Shown piece by piece: positions 9,348 to 20,456 of a stretch of 64,000 bases of DNA (its first letter is position 1; the number at the start of each line of letters is the position of its first letter). The translations under genes were made by a program, and so were the position numbers. Origin of the DNA: Clostridia bacterium (GTDB taxonomy: Bacteria > Bacillota > Clostridia > Oscillospirales > CAG-272); contig JAFVRG010000015.1 of NCBI GenBank assembly GCA_017504405.1, forward strand, positions 5,750 through 69,749. The letters are read 5' to 3'. Under the pieces are notes generated by a model. It saw only the letters and a program-made list of their open reading frames with translations. It was not told the DNA's origin and searched no databases.

Positions 9348-10261
9348 TTTTCGCCTTCAAACAGCGCATTTACAAATTCTGCCGAGTCAAACGGCTGCAT
9401 ATCGTCTATCTGCTCGCCAACGCCAATGAATTTTACGGGAATACCTAACTCTCCCTTTATAGAGAGAACTATTCCTCCCTTGGCAGTTCCGTCGAGCTTT
9501 GTCAGTATAAGACCGCTGATTTTAGCCGCATCCCTGAATTCTCTTGCCTGAATTACGGCATTTTGTCCTGTGGTAGCGTCAAGCACCAACAATGTTTCTA
9601 TGTCCGAATCTGGCAGCTCTCTGTTAATTACACGGTTGATTTTTGCCAGCTCATCCATCAGATTCTTCTTGTTGTGGAGTCTTCCTGCGGTATCGACTAT
9701 CAAAACGTCAGCGCCCCTGCTTTTTGCGGCGTTTACAGCGTCAAACACTACCGAGGCGGGATCGGCGCCCTCGCCCTGCCGTATCATATCAACGTCGGCT
9801 CTCTCGCACCATATTCCGAGCTGCTCTGCGGCTGCCGCACGGAACGTGTCTGCCGCCGCAACTATAACCTTTTTCTTATCCTTTTTTAATTGATACGCAA
9901 TTTTTCCGATAGAGGTGGTTTTTCCGACTCCGTTAACTCCTATAATTAGGATTACAGACGGCTTAGTGTTGAGGGTAAGCCCCTCGCCCTCGCCTATGAG
10001 GTCGGATACGATACCGATAAGCTCACGCTTCACGTCAGCATTATCCTTAATGCGATTATCTCTTACCCGCTCACGCAGTTCGTCGAGAATCTGTTCTGTG
10101 GTGTTTACACCTACGTCTGCGGTTATGAGCAGCTCCTCAAGCTCCTCAAAAAAATCCTCGTCAATTCTGACAAAATGCTTCAACAGGTTGTCGATTTTAT
10201 CAAAAAGGGCATTTTTTGTTTTTGCAAGTCCTCTTTTCAGTTTCTCAAAGAACGCCATCAA
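9344..10261 (-). CDS. ftsY: signal recognition particle receptor FtsY
   Basis: SRP-GTPase motifs GVNGVGKTTSIGK, DTAGR, TKLDG; follows smc. Confidence 0.9.
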   Translation of the reverse strand: MMAFFEKLKRGLAKTKNALFDKIDNLLKHFVRIDEDFFEELEELLITADVGVNTTEQILDELRERVRDNRIKDNADVKRELIGIVSDLIGEGEGLTLNTKPSVILIIGVNGVGKTTSIGKIAYQLKKDKKKVIVAAADTFRAAAAEQLGIWCERADVDMIRQGEGADPASVVFDAVNAAKSRGADVLIVDTAGRLHNKKNLMDELAKINRVINRELPDSDIETLLVLDATTGQNAVIQAREFRDAAKISGLILTKLDGTAKGGIVLSIKGELGIPVKFIGVGEQIDDMQPFDSAEFVNALFEGEN

Positions 10262-13200
10262 GCAACTCCTTCTTTTTACTTTCTACCTCATTCATATTGA
10301 TAGGTATTACACGTGAAATTCCACGCTCAGGCATAGTTACACCGTACAAACGGTCGCCTATTTCCATAGTACCCCTACGGTGCGTGATGAGGACAAACTG
10401 CGTCTCCTCGGCAAATTTTCTGATATATTCGCCAAAGCGGAATACGTTAACCTCGTCGAGCGCCGCCTCTATCTCGTCAAGGATACAGAAGGGCGTGGGA
10501 TTGGATTTAAGAATAGCGAACAGAAGCGCTATCGCTACGAACGCCTGCTCTCCGCCCGAAAGGAGTGAGAGACTCTTGATAATCTTACCGGGAGGCGCCG
10601 CCTTGATTTCAATTCCGCTGTTGAGAATGTCGTCAGGGTCAACGAGTGACAGCTCACCCGTTCCTCCGCCAAACAGCTCGGTGAACGTTATGCCGAAATT
10701 CTTGTTGATTTCTGCGAAAGAGGTAATGAATTTGTTTTTCATTTCCTCCTCGATTTTACCAACTATTTCGGTGAGCTCCTCCTGAGAGCGTTTGAGGTCG
10801 TCAAGCTGTGCGGTGAGCGCATCGTAACGCTCCTTGACCTCTTTATATTCTTCCTCAGCCGCAGGATTTATATCACCAAGAGCACGGATGCTCGCTCTCG
10901 CAGATGCCTGCACAGCGGCAACCTCTGCCCTGTTTTCCTTGGTAACCTCAGGATAGTTGAGTGCAACTGCCTCATCGTATGAGAGAGAATGCTCCTCAAA
11001 TAGCTTCTCGCTGAGCTTTCCGTAATCGTCGGTCAGCTTCGCTAAGCGGTTCTCGAGATTTGTGGAATTTTTATAGGTATGCTCCTGCTTTTCTCTAGCC
11101 TCGCCTATGAGATTTTTAAGCTCGGATTGACGTTTGCCGTACTCTAAGTTTCCGCTCTTGAGCTTATCGTTTTCCTTTTCCTCGGACTCGATTTTCTCCT
11201 TGTATTCAGCAAATTTACGCCTATTTTCCTTTTGCTTTTCGTCAAAGCTCGCATTGCCGTTTTCAAATTCGGCAATTTTTCTCAAATACTCTTCCTTGTG
11301 TCTTGAATACTCGGAAACGGTTGAATAAAGGTTGCTTATAAACAAATCCTTAGCCTGCACGTCCTTGCGCAGCTCGGCAAGCTGTATGGAAATTTGTGCA
11401 AACTGATGCATCCTTTTTTCACGCTCCTCGGTGAGCGCGTTGCGCTCCGACTCTTGCGTTATGCGCAGACGTCTGGTTGCCTCAATTTCCTCATCAATGT
11501 CCTTGAGCATTTCGGTAAGAGTTGCAATTTCGCTATCGCACCGCTTGCCGTTTTTATCAATATTATCAAGGTCACTCTGGAGCTTTGCGAGCAGGCTCTC
11601 GTTTGCCTCGAGCTTTGCATTTGCCTGGTCAAGAGCCGCAAATTGCGTACGGGAAAGCGACAGCATCAGCTGCTTTTCCTGCTCTGCATCCTTCTGGAGA
11701 TTTACAGCCTCGGCGATTTCGGTATCTATCTCGCTAAGATTTGTCACAAGCTCCTTGATCTGCATTTCGAGCTTTTCAGCCTGTGCTGTGAGCTCCTCGA
11801 TTCTGGCAGCCCTCGAGAAAAGTCTGTGCTCAGCCTTAACAGAACCACCCGTGTAAGAGCCGCCTGCGTGAACAATCTGTCCGTCCAGAGTTACCAGCTT
11901 AACCTTATATCCCAGCTTTTTCGCCGCTGCCGATGCGTTGTCAAGATTATCAAAGACCACAGTACGGAGAAGCAGACATTCTACTATTCCCCTGAATTTT
12001 TCATCACAGTCAACGAGCGTATCGGCACGTCCTACGTAGCCTACAAGCCCCTTGGACTGTCTTATTTCCTCGGTTTCGGGCTGCGGCTTCATTGATGCAA
12101 CGGGATAGAAGGTTGCACGTCCAGCCTTCGCCTTCTTCAATGCCAAGATACCCGCCTTGGCGGTGTTGTCATCATCGACTACTATATGTTGAATATTTGC
12201 GCCGAGAGCGGTTTCTATTGCAATTGCATATTGCGACTCCATCGTAATCAGCTTCGATACAGGGCCGTATATTTCCTTTGCCCCCTCAATCTTGCCCTCG
12301 GAGTATTTGTTCATAACAAACTTTACGCTTTCGCTGTAGCCCTCTAACTGCTCCTCCATTTGCTTTATGGTAGCAATCTTCTGGAGAGCGTCATTGCGTG
12401 ATGAGCGTAGCTCGCCGAGCCTTTCGTTTGTGCTTTCCTTTTCCTCGTAGAGTGATTCCTTTTTCTTTACGGATTCGTCGATTCTGGTATCGTATTCAGC
12501 AATTTTATCCTTAAACTCCTGGGTGCGTTTCTCACAGCGCACAGCCTCCTCAGCAAGCGCCTCACGTGCCTTTGTGAGCTTATCAACATCGGTGTACAGG
12601 CTCTCTCGCTTGTCGGAATCCTGAATTTTTGTATTCTTAATAACATCTATTCTGATTTGAAGGTCGGTTCCTTGCTTCTGTATACTCGTCAGGCGTGCAA
12701 GACTCTCGGAAAGCAGCTTTTCGCAATCCGCAATCTGCTTGGTTATGAGCTGTTGCTCCTCCTGATTGCTGTCCGCCTCCTTTTTCTTGTCCGAAAGAGC
12801 CTTTTTCAGCTCGTCGAGCAAGCCTCTGTGGGTGGAAAGCTCCGCCTGCGCGCTCTTCATATTTGCGTCAAGCTCTATTACAGAGGCGCGGAATTCTTCA
12901 ATCTTTTCAGATGAGTGCTGACGGTCATTGATTGCAAGACTGTATTCATTTTCAAGGTCTGCAATGATATTTTGATAGTCCTTAATACGCTCAAAAATGG
13001 CGTTGGACGCCGTCATGTTGTCGTTTATGCTCTTGTTTATCCTCTCGCTCTGGTTTTCGAGAGATTCGAGCGATTCCTTGGCAAGAAAGTACTCATTAAG
13101 AGCGAGCTTGTGAGAATCCTTTGTTTTCTCTATATCCTCGTGGAGCTTTTTGGTATCAAAGAGCCAGAGCGACACGTCAGCCTCACGCTTCTTTTCAAGG

Positions 13201-13859
13201 AGTCCCTTGTATTTCTTTGCCTTTTCCGCCGCCCTTTCAAGAGGGCCTATGCGTGTATCGAGCTCCAGCCAAATATCGTTAATTCTGACGATATTATCGT
13301 TGGTATGCTCCAGCTTTCGCTCAGCCTCCTGCTTTTTATAGCGATATTTTGCAATTCCTGCGGCTTCCTCAAATATATTTCTTCGGTCCTCACTCTTTTT
13401 GGATATCATTTCGGCTATTTTTCCCTGACCGATTATAGAATATCCCTCTCTGCCTATACCCATGTTCATAAACAGCTCATGAATATCCTTAAGCCTTACG
13501 GGCTTTTTGTTAATGAGATATTCACTGTCGCCGGAACGGTAATAACGGCGTGTAACCGTTATCTCGTCATACGGCGAGTCGATTTTATGTATATCATCGG
13601 TATTGTCGAAGGTTACAGACACCTCGGCAAAGCCCATAGGTCGTCTGTCATCGGTACCGCCGAAGATAACGTCCTCCATTTTTGTTCCACGTATATTACG
13701 GCTGGAAATTTCACCGAGAACCCAACGCATAGCATCGGAAATGTTCGATTTACCGCTTCCGTTAGGTCCGACAACGACAGTCGCCCCCCTTTCAAAGGAA
13801 AGCACGGTTTTATTCGGGAAGGATTTGAAGCCGTGAAGCTCAAGTGATTTCAGGTACAT
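10245..13859 (-). CDS. smc: chromosome segregation protein SMC
   Basis: 1204 aa; Walker A GPNGSGKSN, long coiled coils, hinge, LSGGE signature and Walker B ILDEIEAALD. Confidence 0.95.
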   Translation of the reverse strand: MYLKSLELHGFKSFPNKTVLSFERGATVVVGPNGSGKSNISDAMRWVLGEISSRNIRGTKMEDVIFGGTDDRRPMGFAEVSVTFDNTDDIHKIDSPYDEITVTRRYYRSGDSEYLINKKPVRLKDIHELFMNMGIGREGYSIIGQGKIAEMISKKSEDRRNIFEEAAGIAKYRYKKQEAERKLEHTNDNIVRINDIWLELDTRIGPLERAAEKAKKYKGLLEKKREADVSLWLFDTKKLHEDIEKTKDSHKLALNEYFLAKESLESLENQSERINKSINDNMTASNAIFERIKDYQNIIADLENEYSLAINDRQHSSEKIEEFRASVIELDANMKSAQAELSTHRGLLDELKKALSDKKKEADSNQEEQQLITKQIADCEKLLSESLARLTSIQKQGTDLQIRIDVIKNTKIQDSDKRESLYTDVDKLTKAREALAEEAVRCEKRTQEFKDKIAEYDTRIDESVKKKESLYEEKESTNERLGELRSSRNDALQKIATIKQMEEQLEGYSESVKFVMNKYSEGKIEGAKEIYGPVSKLITMESQYAIAIETALGANIQHIVVDDDNTAKAGILALKKAKAGRATFYPVASMKPQPETEEIRQSKGLVGYVGRADTLVDCDEKFRGIVECLLLRTVVFDNLDNASAAAKKLGYKVKLVTLDGQIVHAGGSYTGGSVKAEHRLFSRAARIEELTAQAEKLEMQIKELVTNLSEIDTEIAEAVNLQKDAEQEKQLMLSLSRTQFAALDQANAKLEANESLLAKLQSDLDNIDKNGKRCDSEIATLTEMLKDIDEEIEATRRLRITQESERNALTEEREKRMHQFAQISIQLAELRKDVQAKDLFISNLYSTVSEYSRHKEEYLRKIAEFENGNASFDEKQKENRRKFAEYKEKIESEEKENDKLKSGNLEYGKRQSELKNLIGEAREKQEHTYKNSTNLENRLAKLTDDYGKLSEKLFEEHSLSYDEAVALNYPEVTKENRAEVAAVQASARASIRALGDINPAAEEEYKEVKERYDALTAQLDDLKRSQEELTEIVGKIEEEMKNKFITSFAEINKNFGITFTELFGGGTGELSLVDPDDILNSGIEIKAAPPGKIIKSLSLLSGGEQAFVAIALLFAILKSNPTPFCILDEIEAALDEVNVFRFGEYIRKFAEETQFVLITHRRGTMEIGDRLYGVTMPERGISRVIPINMNEVESKKKELLDGVL

Positions 13860-13864
13860 CTGAA

Positions 13865-14917
13865 TTACTCCTTGTCTAAAATGTCAACTGATATATGATA
13901 TTTCGGCATATCGCACTCCTCAAAAGCAATGCGAGAGATGCCGTATTTTTCTTTAATTTTCGTTTTGTTGCGTTTGTTGTGTCCGCACACCTTTGAAACC
14001 TCGCCTCTCGGCACACGGATAAGTAACGTTTTTTTGTTAAAATCAACGTTTTTGTTATCTAAAGCTGAAATTATACTGTCAAAATAAATCTCGCCCTCGC
14101 ACAGCTCACGAATTGCAACGTGATTAGGCCCTGCATAGTAGGTGTCATCGGATACAAGGTTGTCCGATGAACAGAGTCCTACCCTGATTATGTCTACTCC
14201 GTGAAGAATAAAGACCTTCATAACCTCTTTTGTTCTATCTACCGCCTCTTCAACAGTCAAGGGGCTATAAGCTCGGTTTTCACACATATATTTAAGCTCG
14301 GAGTCGTTAAAAACCACTGTTGGATATACTCTTGCGCCCGTTGCGCCCATTTTACATATAAATTCAGCAGTTTTCAGCTCGTCATCAAGGGTAGCGGAGG
14401 GTAAACCAACCATCATTTGTCCAACAAGATTAAAGCCTGAATCAACAATCATCCTACACGCCTTTTCTGTGTCCAAGCTTGTGTGACCTCGCTTGCTCGC
14501 CAGAAGGACGCCGTCGCTTGTGCTCTGTATTCCAAGCTCAATTGTCTTTACACAGTACTTTTCAAGGATTGAAAGTATTTCTTCGTCAATATAATCGGGC
14601 CTTGTTGAGCAGCGCACGGAATGAACTCGCCCGTCGTTGATAAAGCGGTTTGCTATTTTTAGCAAATCAACCATAAGAGAGCGGTCAATTCCTGTGAAAG
14701 AGCCTCCGAAGAAGGCAATTTCAACGTAGGAATGCTCGGTATCAATTGTAGCGAGAGCCGTCTCTATCTCTTTTTCTACGGTGGATATATCAAACTCCTG
14801 CCTGCCCGAGATTGTGCGTTGGTTACAAAATACGCACATATTAGGACAACCGAGGTGCGGTATGAATATCGGAATGTTTATATGCTTTTTAGTGCTCGTT
14901 TTCACTGTAAAAACCAA
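13865..14917 (-). CDS. radical SAM protein (ELP3-like core, no acetyltransferase domain)
   Basis: CPNMCVFC (CxxxCxxC) cluster motif near the N-terminus; 350 aa. TTG start overlaps the rnc end; an alternative GTG lies at 14905. Confidence 0.7.
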   Translation of the reverse strand: MVFTVKTSTKKHINIPIFIPHLGCPNMCVFCNQRTISGRQEFDISTVEKEIETALATIDTEHSYVEIAFFGGSFTGIDRSLMVDLLKIANRFINDGRVHSVRCSTRPDYIDEEILSILEKYCVKTIELGIQSTSDGVLLASKRGHTSLDTEKACRMIVDSGFNLVGQMMVGLPSATLDDELKTAEFICKMGATGARVYPTVVFNDSELKYMCENRAYSPLTVEEAVDRTKEVMKVFILHGVDIIRVGLCSSDNLVSDDTYYAGPNHVAIRELCEGEIYFDSIISALDNKNVDFNKKTLLIRVPRGEVSKVCGHNKRNKTKIKEKYGISRIAFEECDMPKYHISVDILDKE

Positions 14918-15605
14918 AAAGAATCAATGCCTGCTTTGCGGCCTGATTTTCTGCGTCCTTTATTTTTTTACCGATGCCTGTGCCTATGGTATTACTGTTC
15001 AGCTTGGCGTTGACAACAAAAATCGTTGAATTATCCTCTCTTACACGGCGCTCGGTAACAACGTAGGAAAGGCGCTCAAGCCCGTCCTGCTCTACTATCC
15101 TGTTAAGCTCGGTTTTGTAATCGCCGTCACGCATACGCATGCAGTTATTAAGCTCATCAGGGATAAGCGGGAGCAAAAAATCGGCAACAGTCTGAATGCT
15201 TTTGCCGCTATCAAGGTAAACCGCAGCCACAAGAGCCTCAAACACATCGGAAAGGATAGTTTTCTTCTCCCTGCCGCCCGTATTTTCCTCTCCGTTTCCT
15301 AGGAGTATGTATTCCTGAAGAGAGAGCTTTTTAGATACCTCAGCCAGAGTGTTTTCGCAAACAAGGTGCTTTCTCGCCTCGCTAAGCTCCCCCTCGCCGT
15401 AGTCAGGGAAACGTCGAAAAAGCTCGTCGCTGATTATTATTTGAAGAAGCGCATCGCCTAAAAATTCAAGGCGCTCATATGCACAGCACTTCTCCTTCGC
15501 CTCATTGACGTATGAGGTGTGTGTCATAGCGGTTCTTAAAAGCTCGCTGTTGTTAAATCGGTATCCTATATTTTCGCAAAGAAGCGCTAAATCCTTGCCT
15601 CTCAT
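14889..15605 (-). CDS. rnc: ribonuclease III
   Basis: ERLEFLGDALL RNase III signature plus a C-terminal dsRBD-like region. Confidence 0.9.
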   Translation of the reverse strand: MRGKDLALLCENIGYRFNNSELLRTAMTHTSYVNEAKEKCCAYERLEFLGDALLQIIISDELFRRFPDYGEGELSEARKHLVCENTLAEVSKKLSLQEYILLGNGEENTGGREKKTILSDVFEALVAAVYLDSGKSIQTVADFLLPLIPDELNNCMRMRDGDYKTELNRIVEQDGLERLSYVVTERRVREDNSTIFVVNAKLNSNTIGTGIGKKIKDAENQAAKQALILFGFYSENEH

Positions 15606-16687
15606 TTGCTATCATCGCTTTCCTTAGAGGAATTTTCTGCCTCCTTGGCTTTCTCCGCCTCTTCTCTTTCACGCTGGCGCTCTTCCTCTTTTTTGCGGTC
15701 AAACTCAACGGAATATTCCGCTATTTCTACGTTTATGCCTGTGTTAACGAACTGAATAGCCTGTCTTATTGCATTTTTAATGGCATTGGCATCGCTCGAG
15801 CCGTGTGCCTTTATAACAGGACGGGAAATTCCGAGCAGAGGTGCTCCTCCGTATTCCGAGGCATCAAACTTCTTCTTAACAGTTTTAACCTGACCGAGCA
15901 GTCCAAGTGCGGAAATCTTTGCCGTCAGTGTGCTCGTCAGAACACCCTTGAGCGTTTTGAGCATAAATTTGCCCATTCCCTCAACAACCTTAAGCAGAAT
16001 ATTTCCTGTAAATCCGTCGGTAACGAGAACGTCACAGGCGGCGAACGGAACTTCTTTACCCTCAATGTTTCCGACAAAGTTAATTCCCTCAACCTCGCTG
16101 AGTCTTTTATAAGCCTCAACCTGCAAGGGAAGTCCTTTGTTATACTCAGTTCCGTTATTGAGCTGTCCAACCTTAGGCGATTCGATACCGAAAATCTTTT
16201 TCATGTATATGGAGCCCATCATGGCGAACTGTTCGAGGTTTTCCTCGTTGACAACGAGGTTTGCGCCCGAGTCCATAAGAAGCATAGGCTTTTCGAGAGG
16301 AAGAACAGTTGCAATTCCTGCTCTCTGAACACCCTTAATTCGGCGGACTATGAGAGTTGCGCCCGCAATGAGTGCTCCTGTGTTTCCTGCGCTGACAAAA
16401 GCATCGCCCTCGCCTGCAGCGAGCATACGAAGACCCACGCTCATTGACGAGTTGCTCTTATCACGAACAACCGACAGAGGCTTGTCCTCCATATTAATGA
16501 CGTCATCTGCGTGGACTATAGTGAGCCTGCTAAGGTCGAGATTGTCACGCTCAACAATATCCTCAATGATTGTTTCATCACCGACTATCGTTATATCAAC
16601 AGGAAATTCCTCGACTGCGATGAGAGCGCCCTTGATTAGCTCAGCGGGTGCATTGTCACCGCTCATTACGTCAATGATTATTCTCAT
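15602..16687 (-). CDS. plsX: phosphate acyltransferase PlsX
   Basis: [15 protein letters not shown]-terminus and GNTGA motif; SD GAAAGGA upstream of ATG 16687. C-terminal Glu/Lys-rich tail. Confidence 0.9.
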   Translation of the reverse strand: MRIIIDVMSGDNAPAELIKGALIAVEEFPVDITIVGDETIIEDIVERDNLDLSRLTIVHADDVINMEDKPLSVVRDKSNSSMSVGLRMLAAGEGDAFVSAGNTGALIAGATLIVRRIKGVQRAGIATVLPLEKPMLLMDSGANLVVNEENLEQFAMMGSIYMKKIFGIESPKVGQLNNGTEYNKGLPLQVEAYKRLSEVEGINFVGNIEGKEVPFAACDVLVTDGFTGNILLKVVEGMGKFMLKTLKGVLTSTLTAKISALGLLGQVKTVKKKFDASEYGGAPLLGISRPVIKAHGSSDANAIKNAIRQAIQFVNTGINVEIAEYSVEFDRKKEEERQREREEAEKAKEAENSSKESDDSK

Positions 16688-18026
16688 ATTTCTCATCCTT
16701 TCGGTTAAAATCAATTTTCTTTATACGTTCCAGCGAGCGACGGGCATATTCCTCGTTTCTCGCCTTTTTGCCGCCCTTTACCTTATATTCAAGCGGCGCA
16801 ATTATTCCAAAATTCGCATTCATAGGCTGAAAATCCGTGCTCACACCGCTACTGACGTAGTGAGATAGAGACCCTATCACCGTTTCTCTCGTAAAATCTA
16901 TCGGTTCCTTGCCGAGAGCCGTCATAGCGGCGTTAACACCTGCAACAAATCCGCTGGATGCGGATTCAATATACCCCTCAACACCTGTCATCTGCCCTGC
17001 AAAAAACAGATTCGGGTTGCTCCTTGTTGCATATGTAGGCAAGAGAAATCCAGGAGAATTTATATAGGTATTTCGGTGCATAACTCCGTACCTGAGAAAT
17101 TCCGCATTTTCAAGACCGGGAATCATGCCAAATACTCTTTTTTGCTCGGGAAAAGTCAGATGCGTCTGGAATCCGACAATATTGAACATCGTTCCCTCGG
17201 CATTTTCCTTGCGCAGCTGAACAGTTGCGTAAGCATCCTCGCCTGTATCGGGACACGGAAGTCCGACAGGCTTCATAGGACCGAAGCGTAACGTATCATA
17301 ACCCCTCTTTGCCATAACCTCGACGGGCATACACCCCTCAAAAACTGTCAAATCCTTCTGCGACTCACTGTCAAACTCCTTCAAGGGAGCTTCCTTTGCC
17401 GTTATGAGAGCCTCGTAAAATCTATCGTATTCCTCTTTTGTCATAGGACAGTTGAGATAATCGTCGCCGTCACCCTTGCCCCAGCGTGAGGCAAAGAACG
17501 CCTTATTCATATCAACACTCGCAAAATCTACGATTGGCGCCGCCGCATCGTAAAAATGCAATCCCGCCCCTGCAAGCGCTTTTATGTCATCGGAGAGCGC
17601 GTAGGAGGTCAACGGACCGGTAGCTATTACCGTTATACCGCTGTCGGGGATTTTTTCAATCTCGGCTTCAACAACAGTAATGCGTGGATTGCTCCTTACG
17701 GCTTCCGTTACTATTTTCGAGAAAAGCTCTCTGTCAACAGCAAGTGCGCTGCCGGCAGGAACCTTGCTTTGGTATGCGGCACTCATAATGAGAGACCCCA
17801 TCTCCGACAGCTCTGCTTTGAGTAATCCAATGGCATTAGATAGCTCATTTGAACGCAAGGAATTTGAGCAGACAAGCTCGGCAAAGGCGACACTCTTGTG
17901 TGCGGGGGTCATCTTGTGTGGCTTCATCTCATAAAGAGTGACGTCGCAGCCGAGACGTGCCGCCTGATATGCGGCCTCACAGCCTGCAAGCCCCGCACCG
18001 ATTACTGTAATGCGTTTATCATTCAT
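16671..18026 (-). CDS. trmFO: methylenetetrahydrofolate--tRNA-(uracil-5-)-methyltransferase TrmFO
   Basis: [15 protein letters not shown] motif; 451 aa, Gid/TrmFO-like; topA-trmFO synteny. Confidence 0.9.
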   Translation of the reverse strand: MNDKRITVIGAGLAGCEAAYQAARLGCDVTLYEMKPHKMTPAHKSVAFAELVCSNSLRSNELSNAIGLLKAELSEMGSLIMSAAYQSKVPAGSALAVDRELFSKIVTEAVRSNPRITVVEAEIEKIPDSGITVIATGPLTSYALSDDIKALAGAGLHFYDAAAPIVDFASVDMNKAFFASRWGKGDGDDYLNCPMTKEEYDRFYEALITAKEAPLKEFDSESQKDLTVFEGCMPVEVMAKRGYDTLRFGPMKPVGLPCPDTGEDAYATVQLRKENAEGTMFNIVGFQTHLTFPEQKRVFGMIPGLENAEFLRYGVMHRNTYINSPGFLLPTYATRSNPNLFFAGQMTGVEGYIESASSGFVAGVNAAMTALGKEPIDFTRETVIGSLSHYVSSGVSTDFQPMNANFGIIAPLEYKVKGGKKARNEEYARRSLERIKKIDFNRKDEKYENNH

Positions 18027-20271
18027 CTTCGTTTAATTTGTAGGGCTTTGTAAATTCGCACCCCTTGGTTTTACAAACGAGTGCCTTTCTCGTCTTCTTG
18101 TAGTACAAGGTGTTCAAGCAAAGCGGACACTTTTCATTTACAGGTCGGTCCCAGCTCTGAAAGTTGCACTTCGGGTATCCCTCACAGCTATACTGAACCG
18201 AGCTTCTGACCTTTCTTTCCACAACCTCAGCGCCGCATTTAGGACAGGGAACGCCGATTTTATGGGTAACGGGCTTGGTAAATTTACAGCGTGGGTAGTT
18301 GGAGCACGCATAGAAGTCTCCGAACTTTCCGCTTCTTATATACACCTCACCGCCACAGCTTTCACAGACGAATTCCGCCTTGCGCGCCTCACGCGCCTCC
18401 TTCACAACAGGCTTTCCGTTTTTATCAACGGTTTGCGTTGTGCGACACTGAGGATAGTTAGAGCAAGCTAAAAATCTGCCAAAGCGTCCGTTTTTATATA
18501 CCATTTTGCTACCGCACTTTTCGCACTCATACTCCGATTCCTCAACGAGGCTTGCGGGAGATGCGTGCGACACACTCTTCTCCGCCCTTTCGAGCTGAAC
18601 CTTAAAATCACGGTAAAAATCGTCGAGAACCTTGAGCATAGTGGTATCACCGCTCTCGATTCCGTCGAGCTTTTTCTCCATAAGCGCCGTGAATTCATAG
18701 TCGATTATCTCGGGGAAGCTCTCCGACATCAGCTTTGTTGTAAGCTCGCCAAGAGGTGTAGGAATTAAGGCTTTGCCCTCAAATCTTACGTAATCTCTTG
18801 CAATAATAGTCGATAAGGTAGGAGCATAAGTGCTCGGACGGCCTATTCCGTTTTCTTCGAGGCATTTAATGAGCGAAGCCTCGGTGTAGCGTGGCGGAGC
18901 CTCGGTGAATTTCTGCTCGCTCACAATACGCTTAACAGCAACAGCCTCTCCTTCCTTCAATTCGGGAAGCGACGGTAAAACGTGCGCCGAATCCTCGTTT
19001 ATCTCAGCGTCGGTTTCATAAAGAGCCATATAACCCGCAAACTTTACAGTATCGCAGGACGCCTTGAAATTATGACCGTTGCACTCAATATCAATTACCG
19101 ACGAATTTATTACGGCAGACGCCATCTGGCTTGCCATAAATCTGTCCCAGATGAGCTTGTATAGCTTATATTGATCATTTGATAAGAACTTCTTTGCATC
19201 CTTCGGTGTGAGCTCTACGTTTGCAGGGCGTATAGCCTCGTGAGCGTCCTGCGCTCCGCTTTTTGTCTTGAACTGACGGGGATTTTTGGGAAGATATTTA
19301 TCTCCGTATTCCTTGCCGATGTATGCGAGCGCCGCCTGTTGTGCCACCGTGGATACACGGAGTGAATCGGTACGCATATAGGTAATAAGACCGTGAACGC
19401 CCTGAGCACCCATATTTACGCCCTCGTAAAGCTCCTGTGCAAGCTTCATAATCTTCGAGGATTGAAATCCGAGGCGCTTTGATGCCTCCTGTTGCATAGT
19501 GGAGGTGGTAAACGGAGGCATAGGAGTTCTCGTTTTCTGAGAATTTTTAACACTCTTTACCAAAAATATGCCGCCATCTATTTCGGCTAAAACTGCGTCA
19601 GCCGCCGCCTTATCGGCAACTCTGTGCTTTTTGGTTTTTGCATTGTAATACTTTGCAGAGAAAGAGTTCTTATCCTGTGCAAGGAATTCAGCGGTTATGG
19701 TATAGTATTCAACAGGTACGAAAGCCTTGATTTCCGCCTCTCGCTCAGCAATAATTTTAGTAGCAACAGACTGAACTCTTCCTGCCGACAGTCTGCCCTT
19801 TATGTTCTTCCAGAGAAACGGACTGATTTTATATCCGACAATACGGTCAAGAATACGCCTCGTCTGCTGTGCATTTACAAGATTCATATCAATAGCTCTC
19901 GGAGCCTTTATAGCATCCTTTACAGCGCCCTTTGTAATTTCATTAAAGGTAACTCTGCATGCGCTGTTCACATCTATTCCGAGAGCGGTAGCGAGATGCC
20001 AGGATATCGCCTCTCCCTCACGGTCAGGGTCGGTTGCAAGGTAAATCTTACCTACCGTTTTCGCTTCTTTTTTCAGCTCGTTTAATAAATCACCCTTGCC
20101 TCTTATATTTATATAATGAGGCTCAAAGTTATTATCAAGGTCTACGCCCATTGAGCTTTTGGGAAGATCACGCACGTGACCCTTTGAGGCTACAACCTTG
20201 TAGTTTGCGCCAAGATAGCCCTTTATAGTGCTTGCCTTGGCAGGTGACTCAACAATTACGAGATTTGCCAT
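18019..20271 (-). CDS. topA: DNA topoisomerase I
   Basis: Toprim N-terminus ([10 protein letters not shown]), active-site Tyr region [10 protein letters not shown], four C-terminal CxxC...CxxC zinc ribbons. Confidence 0.95.
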   Translation of the reverse strand: MANLVIVESPAKASTIKGYLGANYKVVASKGHVRDLPKSSMGVDLDNNFEPHYINIRGKGDLLNELKKEAKTVGKIYLATDPDREGEAISWHLATALGIDVNSACRVTFNEITKGAVKDAIKAPRAIDMNLVNAQQTRRILDRIVGYKISPFLWKNIKGRLSAGRVQSVATKIIAEREAEIKAFVPVEYYTITAEFLAQDKNSFSAKYYNAKTKKHRVADKAAADAVLAEIDGGIFLVKSVKNSQKTRTPMPPFTTSTMQQEASKRLGFQSSKIMKLAQELYEGVNMGAQGVHGLITYMRTDSLRVSTVAQQAALAYIGKEYGDKYLPKNPRQFKTKSGAQDAHEAIRPANVELTPKDAKKFLSNDQYKLYKLIWDRFMASQMASAVINSSVIDIECNGHNFKASCDTVKFAGYMALYETDAEINEDSAHVLPSLPELKEGEAVAVKRIVSEQKFTEAPPRYTEASLIKCLEENGIGRPSTYAPTLSTIIARDYVRFEGKALIPTPLGELTTKLMSESFPEIIDYEFTALMEKKLDGIESGDTTMLKVLDDFYRDFKVQLERAEKSVSHASPASLVEESEYECEKCGSKMVYKNGRFGRFLACSNYPQCRTTQTVDKNGKPVVKEAREARKAEFVCESCGGEVYIRSGKFGDFYACSNYPRCKFTKPVTHKIGVPCPKCGAEVVERKVRSSVQYSCEGYPKCNFQSWDRPVNEKCPLCLNTLYYKKTRKALVCKTKGCEFTKPYKLNEDE

Positions 20272-20306
20272 TAGGATTTATCCTTTCAACATTTGTGTAT
20301 TTGAAG

Positions 20307-20456
20307 TTATTTAACCTTAACCTTGTTTCCCGGTAGCGTTTCGGTATATCCGTTAAGCTCCAGCATGGTTAACGCCGATAAAACGTCGGAATATGAACGG
20401 TTTATCATTAAATCATCTATATTTTTCTCACCTGTGCCTATGCTGTTGTATACCTC
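20307..20456 (-). pseudogene. dprA: detached C-terminal winged-helix segment of DprA, in frame behind a TAA stop
   Basis: The same frame as dprA continues for 49 codons after TAA 20457-20459: EVYNSIGTGEKNIDDLMINRSYSDVLSALTMLELNGYTETLPGNKVKVK, ending at TAA 20307-20309. Confidence 0.6.

Noticed and set aside
10216-13847. Long plus-strand ORFs inside smc (for example 12915-13847 at 310 aa, 11394-12095 at 233 aa, 10216-10785 at 189 aa).
   Set aside because: They lie antisense to a full-length, motif-complete SMC gene. Their translations are low-complexity (Leu/Ser/Phe-rich), have no SD and show no recognisable family. This is typical shadow-ORF behaviour in a Glu/Lys/Leu-rich coiled-coil gene.
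16688-16714. N-terminal extensions in the ORF track (plsX 16714, rplU 3102, efp 56733, ackA 52827, coaE 50336, rpmI 23180, second TrmH 22504, yqeG 59277 and others).
   Set aside because: In each case an internal start preceded by a well-spaced SD reproduces the canonical family N-terminus. The extensions overlap upstream genes or promoters.
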